From: the human T2T-CHM13v2.0 reference genome, Homo sapiens
Reading direction: 5' to 3' (one strand)
Assembly (NCBI RefSeq): GCF_009914755.1
Contig: NC_060940.1
DNA: 64,000 bases
This document shows, piece after piece, positions 17,421 to 29,265 of this stretch. The stretch's first letter is position 1, and each line of letters opens with the position of its first letter. Under the pieces are notes generated by a model. That model made no database searches and had not been told where the DNA came from. It saw nothing but the letters and a program-made list of their open reading frames with translations. The position numbers and the translations under genes are program-made.

Positions 17421-17477
<57 letters not shown>
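17421..17477. repeat. (CA)n microsatellite, about 28 units
   Basis: Pure CA run. Confidence 0.98.
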
Positions 17478-17478
<1 letters not shown>

Positions 17479-18117
17479 CCATTCTCATTGTTTGCAGTCG
17501 TTATGTTCCGTAAAGTAACCAAGAACACTGGATTGGAAAACACTGAACAAATTACTCCTGGGGGAATCACAGTACAATTAGTTTCTTGCAAGCCTCTGGT
17601 CACAACGGTCTCATTCACCAATCAATACATAATCTTGTTTTATGTGTGTTTCAGGTTAAAGACACCTTATTTAATACATACTGTTGATTCATTAACATTG
17701 AGCTCATGGCCAAGAGCACTGTAGCTCACGCCTGAGCAAAGCTTATCTAACATACGTGTTTTCTTTCTAGGGCTCAGTGCGTGCAACCTTCTGTGCTTAG
17801 GAGCACTCGACAACATTTCTGGGAGTAGGGGGCGTTTTAAACAGCAAAATCACCAATGAGTAGCACAAAAATGCAAAAAAATGTGGCACTTAATAGACTA
17901 CAAATGAGACATTTGTTCATAGTATGAGAGCTGAAACAGGAAAACAATGTTTCCTTGTTCAGCTCTAACGGGGTATGTGAATGTCAGGCAGGCCAAATTT
18001 TTGCAGCTCTGTTTGTGTTCACAAATGACTGTGAAAGCATTGGGGTTACAAATAAATTTTAGCAAGTAGGCAAATTCACAAGTAATGAGAATCTGTGTGT
18101 GATGAATATCGACTATA
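17478..18117 (-). mobile_element. MER82 (TcMar-Tigger) DNA transposon, near full length
   Basis: Ends ggggttacaaataaattttagcaagtaggcaaattcac...gaatatcgact, the reverse of the recalled MER82 5' end; about 640 bp. Confidence 0.8.
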
Positions 18118-19308
18118 TATCTTATGTTTATTATGGGCAATAATTTAGTAATTTATAGGCCATATGTATTTTTTATTAACTAAATGATAATGAAATTATC
18201 AATTTTATTTTATTGAATATATTATTTAAATTAAATCAACATTTACTTTTTTATATTACATAGCAAATTAATGTACATTATTATAGAAGATATATCTTTG
18301 ATAAATTATTTGGGGAAAAAATTGTAGTTAAGACTAAACAATTCTAAGAGACCTGAAGAGTGTGTATGTGTGTGTGGGGAAAGAGAGAGAGAGAACAAAT
18401 TCCATGTTTTAGGAGCTTAGATTTTGAAATGAGGTCAGATGGGTCATAGATCCCAAAGAGGAGAGAAATGAAAAAAAAAAAAAAAAAAAAAAAGACTGGA
18501 GTCACTGGAAGTATGCAGAGATTAAAGGTGCTTCATTCAGCAAGATTAAAAGTATTGATGGAAAAGAGGACATTCAGAAAATTTAAAGCCACGTGGATAG
18601 CAAGATGTTCAGAAACACAGATACCCAGAGACAGCTAAATGTCTCCAGTAGCTCTGGAATATTGGAACATATTCAAACAAAAGTGACAACCCAGAGTATT
18701 GCAACCCAGTGAGAAATACGTGTTACTACTTGAAACTTTCCTTATTGATCTAGTTTTGCAAATGAGGAAGCCAAGAATGGGGGAGGTTAAGTGTAGGAGG
18801 TATAGCTTGAAACTCTCCTTATTGATCTGGTTTTGCAAATAAGGAAACCAAGGCTCAGGGAGGTTAAGTGTAGCAGGGTGAAAATATTGGTAGGAATAGA
18901 TCAAGCACTGGTCTCTTTTCTCACAGCCTGAAAGTTTTTCCACTAGGAAGAGTTACCTTCTATCAATGTTTCATTGCTTGCAGCCAATAGCATATCTTCT
19001 AGTTATATAGATCAGGTATAATGACTGCTGAAAATAAGACAAAATGCTGAATCACCAACATGCAAATATGTGTCTTATTAAAAAATCCAGTTTTTAGTCT
19101 AGAACTAGTGTCAAGTGATTCCACATGTATTAAAATACCTCTAAGCATTATAAGCTAAAATCTACAAAAAAAATCTCTATTTTGAATGGATAATTTCTTA
19201 AACGATGTTAAAAGCTGAAATTTCTTTGTAAACAGTTTTCCAAACATAGTTTCAAAATAATTAGTTAGAGTAAGGTGAATCCCAGGGGCTGTCCGTATTG
19301 CTTTTTCT

Positions 19309-19612
<304 letters not shown>

Positions 19613-21444
19613 TCTTCATTGCTTTTTCTATAATGAAATTGTTTTATGTTCAAGAAGTTTCTTGTTATCAAATATTGCACTGTAAGGATGATTGTTCCAG
19701 AGGGGAGAAATTGATGAGTGCCAGAACAGAGACTTTCAAGTTTTTCTAAAAGTGAAAACTCTATGGGTTAAACTCACCCCTTCTCATGGTCCCATTACTG
19801 AGACTCCTGGGTTTAGTTTCCCTGACTCAGTAAGTTTAGAACACAAGGTCTGGGTCTCTGCATTACTAACAAGTACCCCAGGTGATTCTGAGATAGGAGC
19901 TCCTGAGACCATTTCAGGAGAAAGCTGGAGAGCATAAGACTTACAATAGCATAATTATTTTTACTTTAGAGATTTCAATAATAAAGGCCTTCTTAACAGC
20001 TATGAGGGTTAATACATAACTGTCCATTATTCAAATGCAGTCTTATTTACATCAAGCTTTGCTCCAGAAGGCTGGCTCTCTCCCCTCCTGTCTCCTCTGC
20101 TTTCCTTAAGACAGCACTTCCTACCTGCTCTTAGGGTCTTTATCACATCTATCACCTTCAGCTATTCAGCGTGAAGCAACACAAGCTTTGCAAGTGTATT
20201 GCTTAAACAGCATGTTTTCACTTTGCACTGTTATCACACTAAAAAATAGCAGCCAGCCTAAGGTAAATCCAGTTGTTAATTACTCAGTTGCTTTATTTAC
20301 AAATATTGAAATCTCTTCAGGGGGAGACGTGAGTAGACCCAAACTACCATTCAATGGAGATTTTCTGCCTATTTCAGCCATCTCTTATTCATTTCCCTGT
20401 CTCCTTACCCTACCACTCTTTTTGCATTTAGTAAAAGATAATTGGTAATAAAGTAAAATCATGATTCTCATACAGATATGAAAATAAAAGTTTAAAAGTT
20501 TTAAAGATTTTTAAAATGCATTATTAATGAAGAAATTGGAAAGATATTACAACCAGTTCGAAGGAGAATCCAAAGAAAAGATGTATCTACACATTAGGAA
20601 CACAGAAACAAATGTGCATACGGAGGCAACACTGGATTCATCCATGGTGGAGGAGGGAAGTCACTAGAACCTCAACCAGGTAGCAGTTGCTTGTCTACAG
20701 ACAAGACAAGAATTATTTGTTGTAAGGAAACAGTGCCTGTATTTCTAGACAAAGACAAAAAAAAAAGTCTGGCAACCTACGTTAAAGGATGATTAAATGC
20801 ATCTTGGAAGTTAGAGATAGAGAATTGCTCTGAAGAGATTTAAAGGCTTATCTCCCCCAGATGCATTTGCTTATTTTCTAAGAGTAATAAAAACCTAAGG
20901 ACTGTACCTTCTCTCCTCTAAAGAAAATTTGTGACATTCCAGAGCCAAAGTCTCTCTATCACTGTATGGAGGGAAGGAGGAGAGAGTGTGCCAGGCACCC
21001 TCTGTAAGCCCAAGCCTCATAATTTTGTGAACCTCCTCTCGTGGTGCAAGTCCAGCAGGCACAGCTCTATCTAGCACTCACTGCATGTGCAGGTGGGAAA
21101 TTGAGGTATGAGAGATTGATGCTGATTAGATTCTCTATGAGCGAATGGTCCCTGATTCAGAGGTCCTCTGTGTCTGTTAGTATAGATTAGACAGGTAGGT
21201 AGGTAGTAGATAGATCATAAACAGATAGATATTATCTGTGTATTGGCAAGATAACTCCTTAACTTGCAAGTGGGATAACATCTCAGGGCCCATCACAGTT
21301 TCAGATTTAACATTATTTAGCAATTCTATTAGTTATCTACAATGTATAGAATTATATAACAGCTCAAAGCAACGAACATGTCAGAGCCACCGCAGCATCT
21401 GAATCAGATAACCTAGGAGGTTGTGCTCTAATCTAGACAATGTG

Positions 21445-21650
21445 TTGTTTTTATTCATTCGTTTGTTTATTCCCTCATTTCTTCAACAAATGTCTTCTGC
21501 GTTTTCTATCAAGCCTTGTGCTGTGTGCTGGAGATACGATTGTTACCAGATCACAAACTATTGCTATTCTCATAGAGCTTACAGACTGGTAGGAAAGACC
21601 AGTAAAGTCAACCACAAAGTATTGAATTACAAATTGTGATGAAGTGCATG
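21445..21650 (-). mobile_element. L2 3' end
   Basis: cattcttcaacaaat...ctcatagagcttacagactggtagg. Confidence 0.65.
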
Positions 21651-23883
21651 TCTTTTACCACTCTTATTCCTAAATAGGTGTTTGTAGAAACTTCGGATCA
21701 CTCAATCATGTCTGAAAGAACAGTAAAGAGGCTCTAATTTGAGACTTTTCAGAGATTTCCAGATTAATGAAGCACATGAGGTTTGGAACCTGGCTTTTAA
21801 GGCACCTATCTCCGTTGCTCAAAATCTATTGTGACAATTTCATTGTGTCTGTTCTGCCCTGGAAATCTAGATGGCCTGATAAGTGTGGCGTCTGTTTAAC
21901 ATCATACCTTGTAGTGCTTTTTATTAGAGAATAAAATCACTTACAGGGACTATCATAATATTGAAATATTTTAGAATTTCAAAAGGAAACGTTGTTATGA
22001 GCTACTCTTTAATGGTTGCCATGCACTATGGCCTTGAATCTCTTGCAACACCTTTAAATACCTTTAGAATCAGGTGTTAATTGTGACCCAGTGGATGCTA
22101 AACTACAGGGAAGTCTCACTCAGTGTGATCCAGAAGGGAAAGAGACAAAGGCTTCAAGCAGGTATATTGTCCGCCTTGCTTGGTAGCTAGCTTCTTCTTG
22201 CATGCCATTGATTTACCGCAAGAAAAGGTGAATAGTTTTTTTGAACAAAAGAAACAGAGTCCAACAGTGGCTAGGCTGTCAGGTTTGTCTAGTTAATAAT
22301 AACCTTAAACTTCCGATAGCCAAGGTTGAGTTGGCTGAAATTACAGAATTTCAGACCTCGTTCTGCCAATTTAATTTCCAAATTTGGAAATGGAGGCTCA
22401 GATTTTACCTGACTTTCCTAAGGGCACAAGATCCATGCCAGATCTGCAACTCAGATCTCTTAATTGACTTCGACATTATACTGCTGGCCACCCGTAATTT
22501 CATTGGCTGGTAGATTAAGTTCTGTTTGAGAGCATTCTACTGTTGAAGGGTGAACTGAAATGCAAGGGGGAAATACAAAAATAACAGCTATTGTTTCGCA
22601 GAAAAATAATAATCCACACATGGAAGGCAATAATTCTGTGAAGTTGGTCCAGCCTCATTTAGCCTGCCTCTCTAATCCAAACTCTGATGACTGGGAAAGG
22701 AATGGGAATGAAATTTTCAAAGTATACCTCCTTATTTGGATTGTTGATCCATGTGAATGTCTTAGCTAAAAAGAGAGGGGAAAGTTTTGCCTACTATTAC
22801 TATTTTTCTCCAATTTGGGATATTCCTCTGTATTACAGAAGAGTTATGTGACTTAACAGCACATATGTAGTAGAGTTCTGACAACTTTCACTCTGTTTTC
22901 TTGTCTACTAAATCAGAGGCTTTTTGATTTATCTGTTCTTGTGTCTGCATATATCACAGAAAATATAGTATAAAGTCTGTTGCTGGTAAAGTTGAAGGGC
23001 AGATATCACATGCCTATCATCTGTTACAAACATTGTGAGATTTTTATTTCATCTAAGAAATTTTGATAATCAGTATGATGGAAATGTTTACAGACATTCA
23101 GGCACCAATAGTGATAACTCTAGTAGATACTCAAAGATATTTTACTTTTGTGTTAGTTGAGATGCTGTGTCAGATGCATTCAATTCAAAAGAGTAACTTC
23201 CTATTGAACTGCCTAACTGTCCAGATCACATGATATCAAAATGAGTATTTCAAATTTAATTTTAAAAAGATGCACACTCATAATTAAATGTTGATTAAGG
23301 AGAGGTATATAGAGGGCTACAAAATTTTGACTTTATTTTTGCTGATACCATGAATAGTTGTTAAGAGTAGAAAAGGGGCTGCTTACATTATGTAATATAA
23401 ATTATTTCTTGAATTCTAATATACATTTTTTTAAATATTGTGATATCATTGGATTTTGGGTGTGTTGATGAATAATGTTTTGTAGTTATAATAGGCAACA
23501 TTTTTCCTTTCTTGCAGAGAAATAAAATAATGATGCATCTTTAAAAAGATGGAATATCGATTTCAATGAAATAAAATACATCACAAAAATAATCAGATTT
23601 CTTAATATTTTTCATCATAAATATTGTGTGGCTAAATTATATGAAAATGTTAAATAAAATTACTGTAAATGCATGGCAATAGTATATATTTTAGGAAAAA
23701 TAATCACTTACCATAACTTAAAAATTCCGAGAATCCATTTGTGTTGATTCTACCTCTCAGGGAAGTTTGATGACTAGAAACATTTGACTCAGATAAAAGG
23801 TGATTTTGATTTTCTTTATTTATTTTAACTTTTGCAGACTAGTGATGGTCTCCTCTCTTTCTCCCCCCATTTCTGCATACAAG

Positions 23884-24081
23884 AAACTGCATGGACCATC
23901 ATACAGCACAACGGCTCTGACTTAACAAGAGTCAGAAATACTAATCCAGAGAACCCATATGCTGGGTTTTTCGAGTATGTGGCCAGCATGGAGCAACTTC
24001 AGGCCACTATTAACCGTGCAGAGCACTGTGAACAGGAGTTTACTTATTACTGCAAGAAGTCACGGCTGGTCAATAAGCAAG
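23884..24081 (+). CDS. CNTNAP4: CNTNAP4 coding exon (~exon 13), fibrinogen-like domain
   Basis: pyrimidine tract then catacaAG|AAACT; CAAG|GTAAGT donor; 198 nt, phase 1-1; ETAWTIIQHNGSDLTRV...AEHCEQEFTYYCKKSRLVNKQ. Confidence 0.94.
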
Positions 24082-25469
24082 GTAAGTAAACCGTGGTGTC
24101 TGTCTTGTTGCACACATCACATCATGCACTTACTCAACTAGCTCCTGAGAATTTTAAGTCTGCAAAGTGGTGGTGTCTAGCCACTGAGGGTATATGATCT
24201 CACATACTTAGTAAACATGTCACAGTCTGGAAGTCACAAAGATGCTTCTGCCTGAAGAAAAGAACAAGGTCAATTTACACTGAGCTTTATTCAAAGCCTT
24301 GATTGCTTTTAAAGTCTCTTCCTGGCATTAATTGGATAACTGTACAGCAAAGGCCTCCTTCTGATACTCAGTGAATGCACAGTGTTTATCCCTGATAAAG
24401 GGCAAGTGACACGTAAGGTTTATTTTATCATGGAAAACAGCTAATAAAAATACGACTTAGTTTTCTGAAAGCGATTATTCTACGTGCCTCTTTCTCATGG
24501 ATTGTTGACAGCCTCTGGGTATAATGGAAAATTAGAAAAGGCTGCCAGAGACACAGTTGATTCACTAGTTCAAGGAGGAATCAGAAAACCATCTCGACTC
24601 TTTATTTGATTCTGCTGTGAATAACCAGTCTGCTCCTGAGTTCTGGTTTTGGTCTTTCTTTAGGGCATCTCATTATGTCAGAGCCTCTGTTTCTACCACA
24701 TCTGCCTTACAGTAAGCCTTCATGAGCTAATTCTTGAAGTCACTGCAAGAGCTTTCCAGCTGGCCTCCTAGCTTGTCATCTCTTCACATCTTCTAACCAT
24801 CCAATGCAAAATCCAAAATATTAGTCTCTATGAAGAAAATTAACCTTTAAGAAATGCTGCCCCCACTTTTAAGAAACACAGTTCTATTTAAGAAGCTCTA
24901 CCGCCTTTCTGTTGTTTGTCTGTCCAACACAGCCTCTTCTGCTGGATCCTGGAATTGCGTATTCTGTGTCCACCCTGCCTATACAACCCTCGTGCCACCC
25001 TCAAACACGTATTTTCTAGCAGTGGCATTGAGGTGTATTTTTCTTTACATATTAGATAAAATTCTAAGACGTCTGTACAATAACGCTACTTCTTTCATGT
25101 TCACTCCTGCTTGTCCTAAGAAGGGCTGGAGTTTCAGAGAGAATGACAAAAATTTAAAAAGAAATTTGTTTCGTATAGAAATAGCATATGTCATAAAGAT
25201 CATGCAAAAACGCTGAACTGTCGTTCTGACATTTGAACCCTGCATTTCCGATTAAGTCTCTCTCTATTTATTCTCCACCCACTAAAAATCAGATTATTTT
25301 CTCCCCTGTGACTGACTGCCCCCTTGCCCTTCTTCTCCTCTTTCTCCTCCTCGTTTTCCTTTTTTAGAATGTTTTCATTTGGCCTCTACCCCTCCAATCC
25401 CATCTTTCTGGAACCCACACCAAACTTACCTCCTCCTGGAACCTCAATTCTGTGTGCAAATGAGGATCA

Positions 25470-25700
25470 GACAGTTGTAGTGCAAACAGCATAGGATTTA
25501 CAGCTGGAGGTGTGGGTGTGTTTCTCATTGGCTAGGTGCATCTAGAACATAGATAGATGAAACCTTGATTCATGAAATGGACGAATGGTTAATGAATCTC
25601 AGTCTTTGTTTTCTTTTCTCCAAAATGGGGCCAATGATACCAGCCTCACAGGGTTGCAGTGATGATTGGGTGGCATAGCACGTACAAAGTGCATGGCATG
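25470..25700 (+). mobile_element. MIR
   Basis: caaaatggggccaatgataccagcctcacagggttgc core. Confidence 0.65.
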
Positions 25701-25932
25701 AGCCCCCCTCATTTCCAGCTCTCCAGGGCATTGTGGCCATCGTGAACATACACTGTTTAGTTTGTAATGGGTTGTTCATTGTTGGTGAATATTCATCTTA
25801 GAATAAAAAAACAGATAAGCAAATCTGGAAGGGTATTCTAAGAAGAAGAATGGTAATTATGGAAGAGTAAATGAATGCTGTGGAACAAAATGAACTCAGG
25901 TCATTTATGTGGAAAAGAGAGATAAAAGAAGG

Positions 25933-26620
25933 TCATGCAGTATATGTCTTTCAGTGTTCGGCTTATTCTGTTTAGTATAATGCCCTTCATGTTCATCCAT
26001 GTTGTCACAAATGGCAGGACTTCCTTCTATTTAAGGCTGAATGATATCCCATTGTGTGTGTGTGTGTGTCACATTTTCTTTATCCATTCATCAATGGACA
26101 CTTAGGTTTTTCCGTATCTTGGCTATTGTGAATAAAGCTGCAATGAACATGGGAGTGAAAACATCTCTTCAAGATACTGAAGGATATTATGCTGAGTGAA
26201 ATAAGTCAGAAACAGAAAGACAAATACTTCATGATCCCACTTATATATGGAATCTAAAAAAGTTTAACTCATAGAAACAGAGTAAAAGAGTGATTTCTAG
26301 GGAAGGGGACTGGTGTGGAGATGTTGGTCAAAGGGTACAAATTTGCAGTTGTAAGATGAATATATTCTGGAGACATGGTATACAGAATGATTACTATAGT
26401 TAACAACAATGTATTGTATACTTGAAATCTGCTAAGAGAGTCGATTTTGGTATTCTCACCATAAAAATATAAAGTAGCTATGTTAAGTGGTGGGTATGTT
26501 AATTAGTGTGATTGTGGTAATCATTTCACAGTGTATATCAAAACATTGCTTTGCACACCTTAAATGTGTACAATTTTTATTTGTCAATTTTACTGCGAAG
26601 CTGAAAAATAAAATGTAAGA
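25933..26620 (+). mobile_element. L1MA9/L1MB-type 3' end with inverted 5' portion (25933-26180 antisense)
   Basis: Antisense then sense segments of the same L1M 3' region; A-rich end. Confidence 0.8.
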
Positions 26621-26734
26621 AAATACAAAAGAAGGATGGTTATCAAAGTTGACAAAGAAGTCAAGCTGTAACAGAACCAGAAAGCAAAATCCCTGAGAGA
26701 GTGTTGAGCAAACACCACACAGAGTAAAAGGGCT

Positions 26735-27089
26735 TGATATGGTTTGGCTGTGTCCCCACCCAAATCTCACCTTGAATTGTAATAATCCTCACGTGTCAAG
26801 GGCGGGGCCAGATGGAGATAATTGAATCATGGGGGCAGTTTCCTCCATACTGTTCTCATGGCAGTGAATAAGTCTCATGAGATCTTATGGTTTTATAAAT
26901 GAGAGTTCCTCTGTACAAGCTATCTTGCTTGCCACCATGTAAGATGTGGCTTTGCCCTTCCTTGCCTTCTGCCATGATTTTGAGGCCTCCCCAGCCATGT
27001 GGAACTATGAGTCCATCAAACCTCTTTTCTTTATAAATTACCCAGTCTCAGGTATGTCTTTGTTAGCAGCATGAAGGCAGACTAATACA
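26735..27089 (+). mobile_element. THE1B MaLR solo LTR, full length
   Basis: TGATATGGTTTGGCTGTGTCCCCACCC...GACTAATACA; 355 bp; 5-bp TSD gggct/gggat. Confidence 0.93.
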
Positions 27090-29073
27090 GGGATTGACAC
27101 AGAATGTGAAGGAATCCCCACCTTTAAGGCCAGTTGTGCTTGCACACTTTTTTTTTTTTTTAATGCTTCCCTGGTCTTTCAGGCTCAATAACCAGTTTTA
27201 GAAAGTCAACTCCAGAAAGGCATGGAAGAGGGGATCTAGAAAGGCATGGAACATGACTAAATACAGAAGTTTTTCTCAGATTGGTGACCTCATGATTCGT
27301 GTGGAATAGATTTGAAGTGGAGAGAGTTAAAAGAGACAGAACAATTGGATTCTGAGGTCACAATAAGAAATATAATGGGGTAGAACAGGAAGTTGTTTTC
27401 AGACAAGCTATATTTGGAGTTTCAGATCTTGGTGATTTAGTGTCAAGTGATAATGATGCCATATGTGAATGAATAAAGTGAAATGTGTATGAAAATATGT
27501 TTTCTGCTGCTGAGGATCTGTGACTCAGCACACAGGAAGGGTGATCAATGGGAATGCTCAAGTCATTTAGGAAAGTAATTATGGGAGGTGGAATGTTCTA
27601 CCATATCCACGGGTATTTTTTACCTTTAATTTTTATTTCTCAGGGTTTTAAAAATTCATTCCTTTACTTATTTAAATTCCTTAGTATTTTTTTTAAAGTC
27701 TTGGATTGAACCACAGTCTATACCTTAAAAAACATTCAGTGATTTCTATTTTATAGGGAAGACATGAAATTTAGATGTGGGAATATGGCTCAGTATTTAA
27801 GAATAACTATTTTTCTTTTTAATCTATGAAAACTTAATGTTTTAAGCAGTATATTGAAATATATTTATTAAGTATTTCAAGCAATTTTCACCTTCTGGTG
27901 AAGGGCTAATCATGTAATTAAAAAAAGACGAAGATTCTTCATATTAATGCATTTATGCATAACACAGCTTCTAATAACTCTTTGCTGGTTTTTTGTTTTT
28001 GTTTTGACGTGGCCAGACTGGCATGTATAGTAACCCTGGGAGAGAGCTTGTCAGCATTAGCATGGGGCTATCTAATAGTAAGTTAAAATGAGCATTGGCA
28101 TTTATAAGCAAGGGAGAAATTAGTAAAAATCCCAGATTCTCAGTAGGGCTAATGGTGACAACTTGAAGGTTTGAAAGTCGACAGAAAAATGGTCAAGCAC
28201 CTTTGAGAAACTGACTGATTCTATGTTGCTTACATTCTTCTCATGCCCTGATTCTCAGATGACTACAATTTTTCCTCCATACTTTTTTTTTTTCCATGAT
28301 AGATTGGCTACATGCTTCACGTCCTTCTCTGAAAATCCTTTCCTAGATGTTCTGTCTGTTCCTTGCTCTAGTTACTTGGCATCGTGTTTAGTCTTAACTC
28401 TGAGAAGGAGCTGGTAGCTGAACATTTATCGTAGGAAGAGATGCATTTGGCTGAGGGAAACTTCCATTGAGTGTAATATTCGCTTCCAGCATGAAGATTT
28501 TTCAGTGTTATTTCTGTAGTCTTCAAATAAATAGCCAAGCCATTAAATGGAAGATAAAATATATACTTCCAAATAAATCTTAAATCATGACAAGGGAGTG
28601 CCAAATCATGCCTAACGTTTTTTAACAGCTAGGATATTTTTAGAGAATAAATTTATTGAGATAAATCAGGGACTTTACATAACATTCCATAATGCTTTAA
28701 TGGGCATTTCATGATTTCAAATCAATTTTGCTTTGGTATGTTAATTACTATGATTTATATTTTGATGCTAACTTGTTTCAAAATTATTTTTAAAGAAATT
28801 GCATATGTGAGCTGCTCTCAATTCATTTTTTACTATCATGCCTAAATTAAATAGGAACTGCTGGTTTCTTTTCTACCCAAAAACAAATGTATTGGTCATT
28901 TAAGCCTAAATAATAACTTTTTTATAAAAAAAGTGTTCTTAAGGAAATGCCAGCAATCATACTGTTTTGCATATCCTTAAATCCAATCAATCTTTCTCCT
29001 TTTCTCCTTTTATTCTTTTTAATGATTTTGGAAGAAAAGGAATTATATTGGGAGAGAAGGTGGTGGAACATAA

Positions 29074-29265
<192 letters not shown>

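Noticed and set aside
18471-18493. Isolated poly(A) as the tail of a retrocopy
   Set aside because: No TSD, upstream poly(A) signal or recognisable body found.
24105-24130. NOVA YCAY cluster downstream of exon ~13
   Set aside because: Only two true YCAY tetramers, which is within chance.
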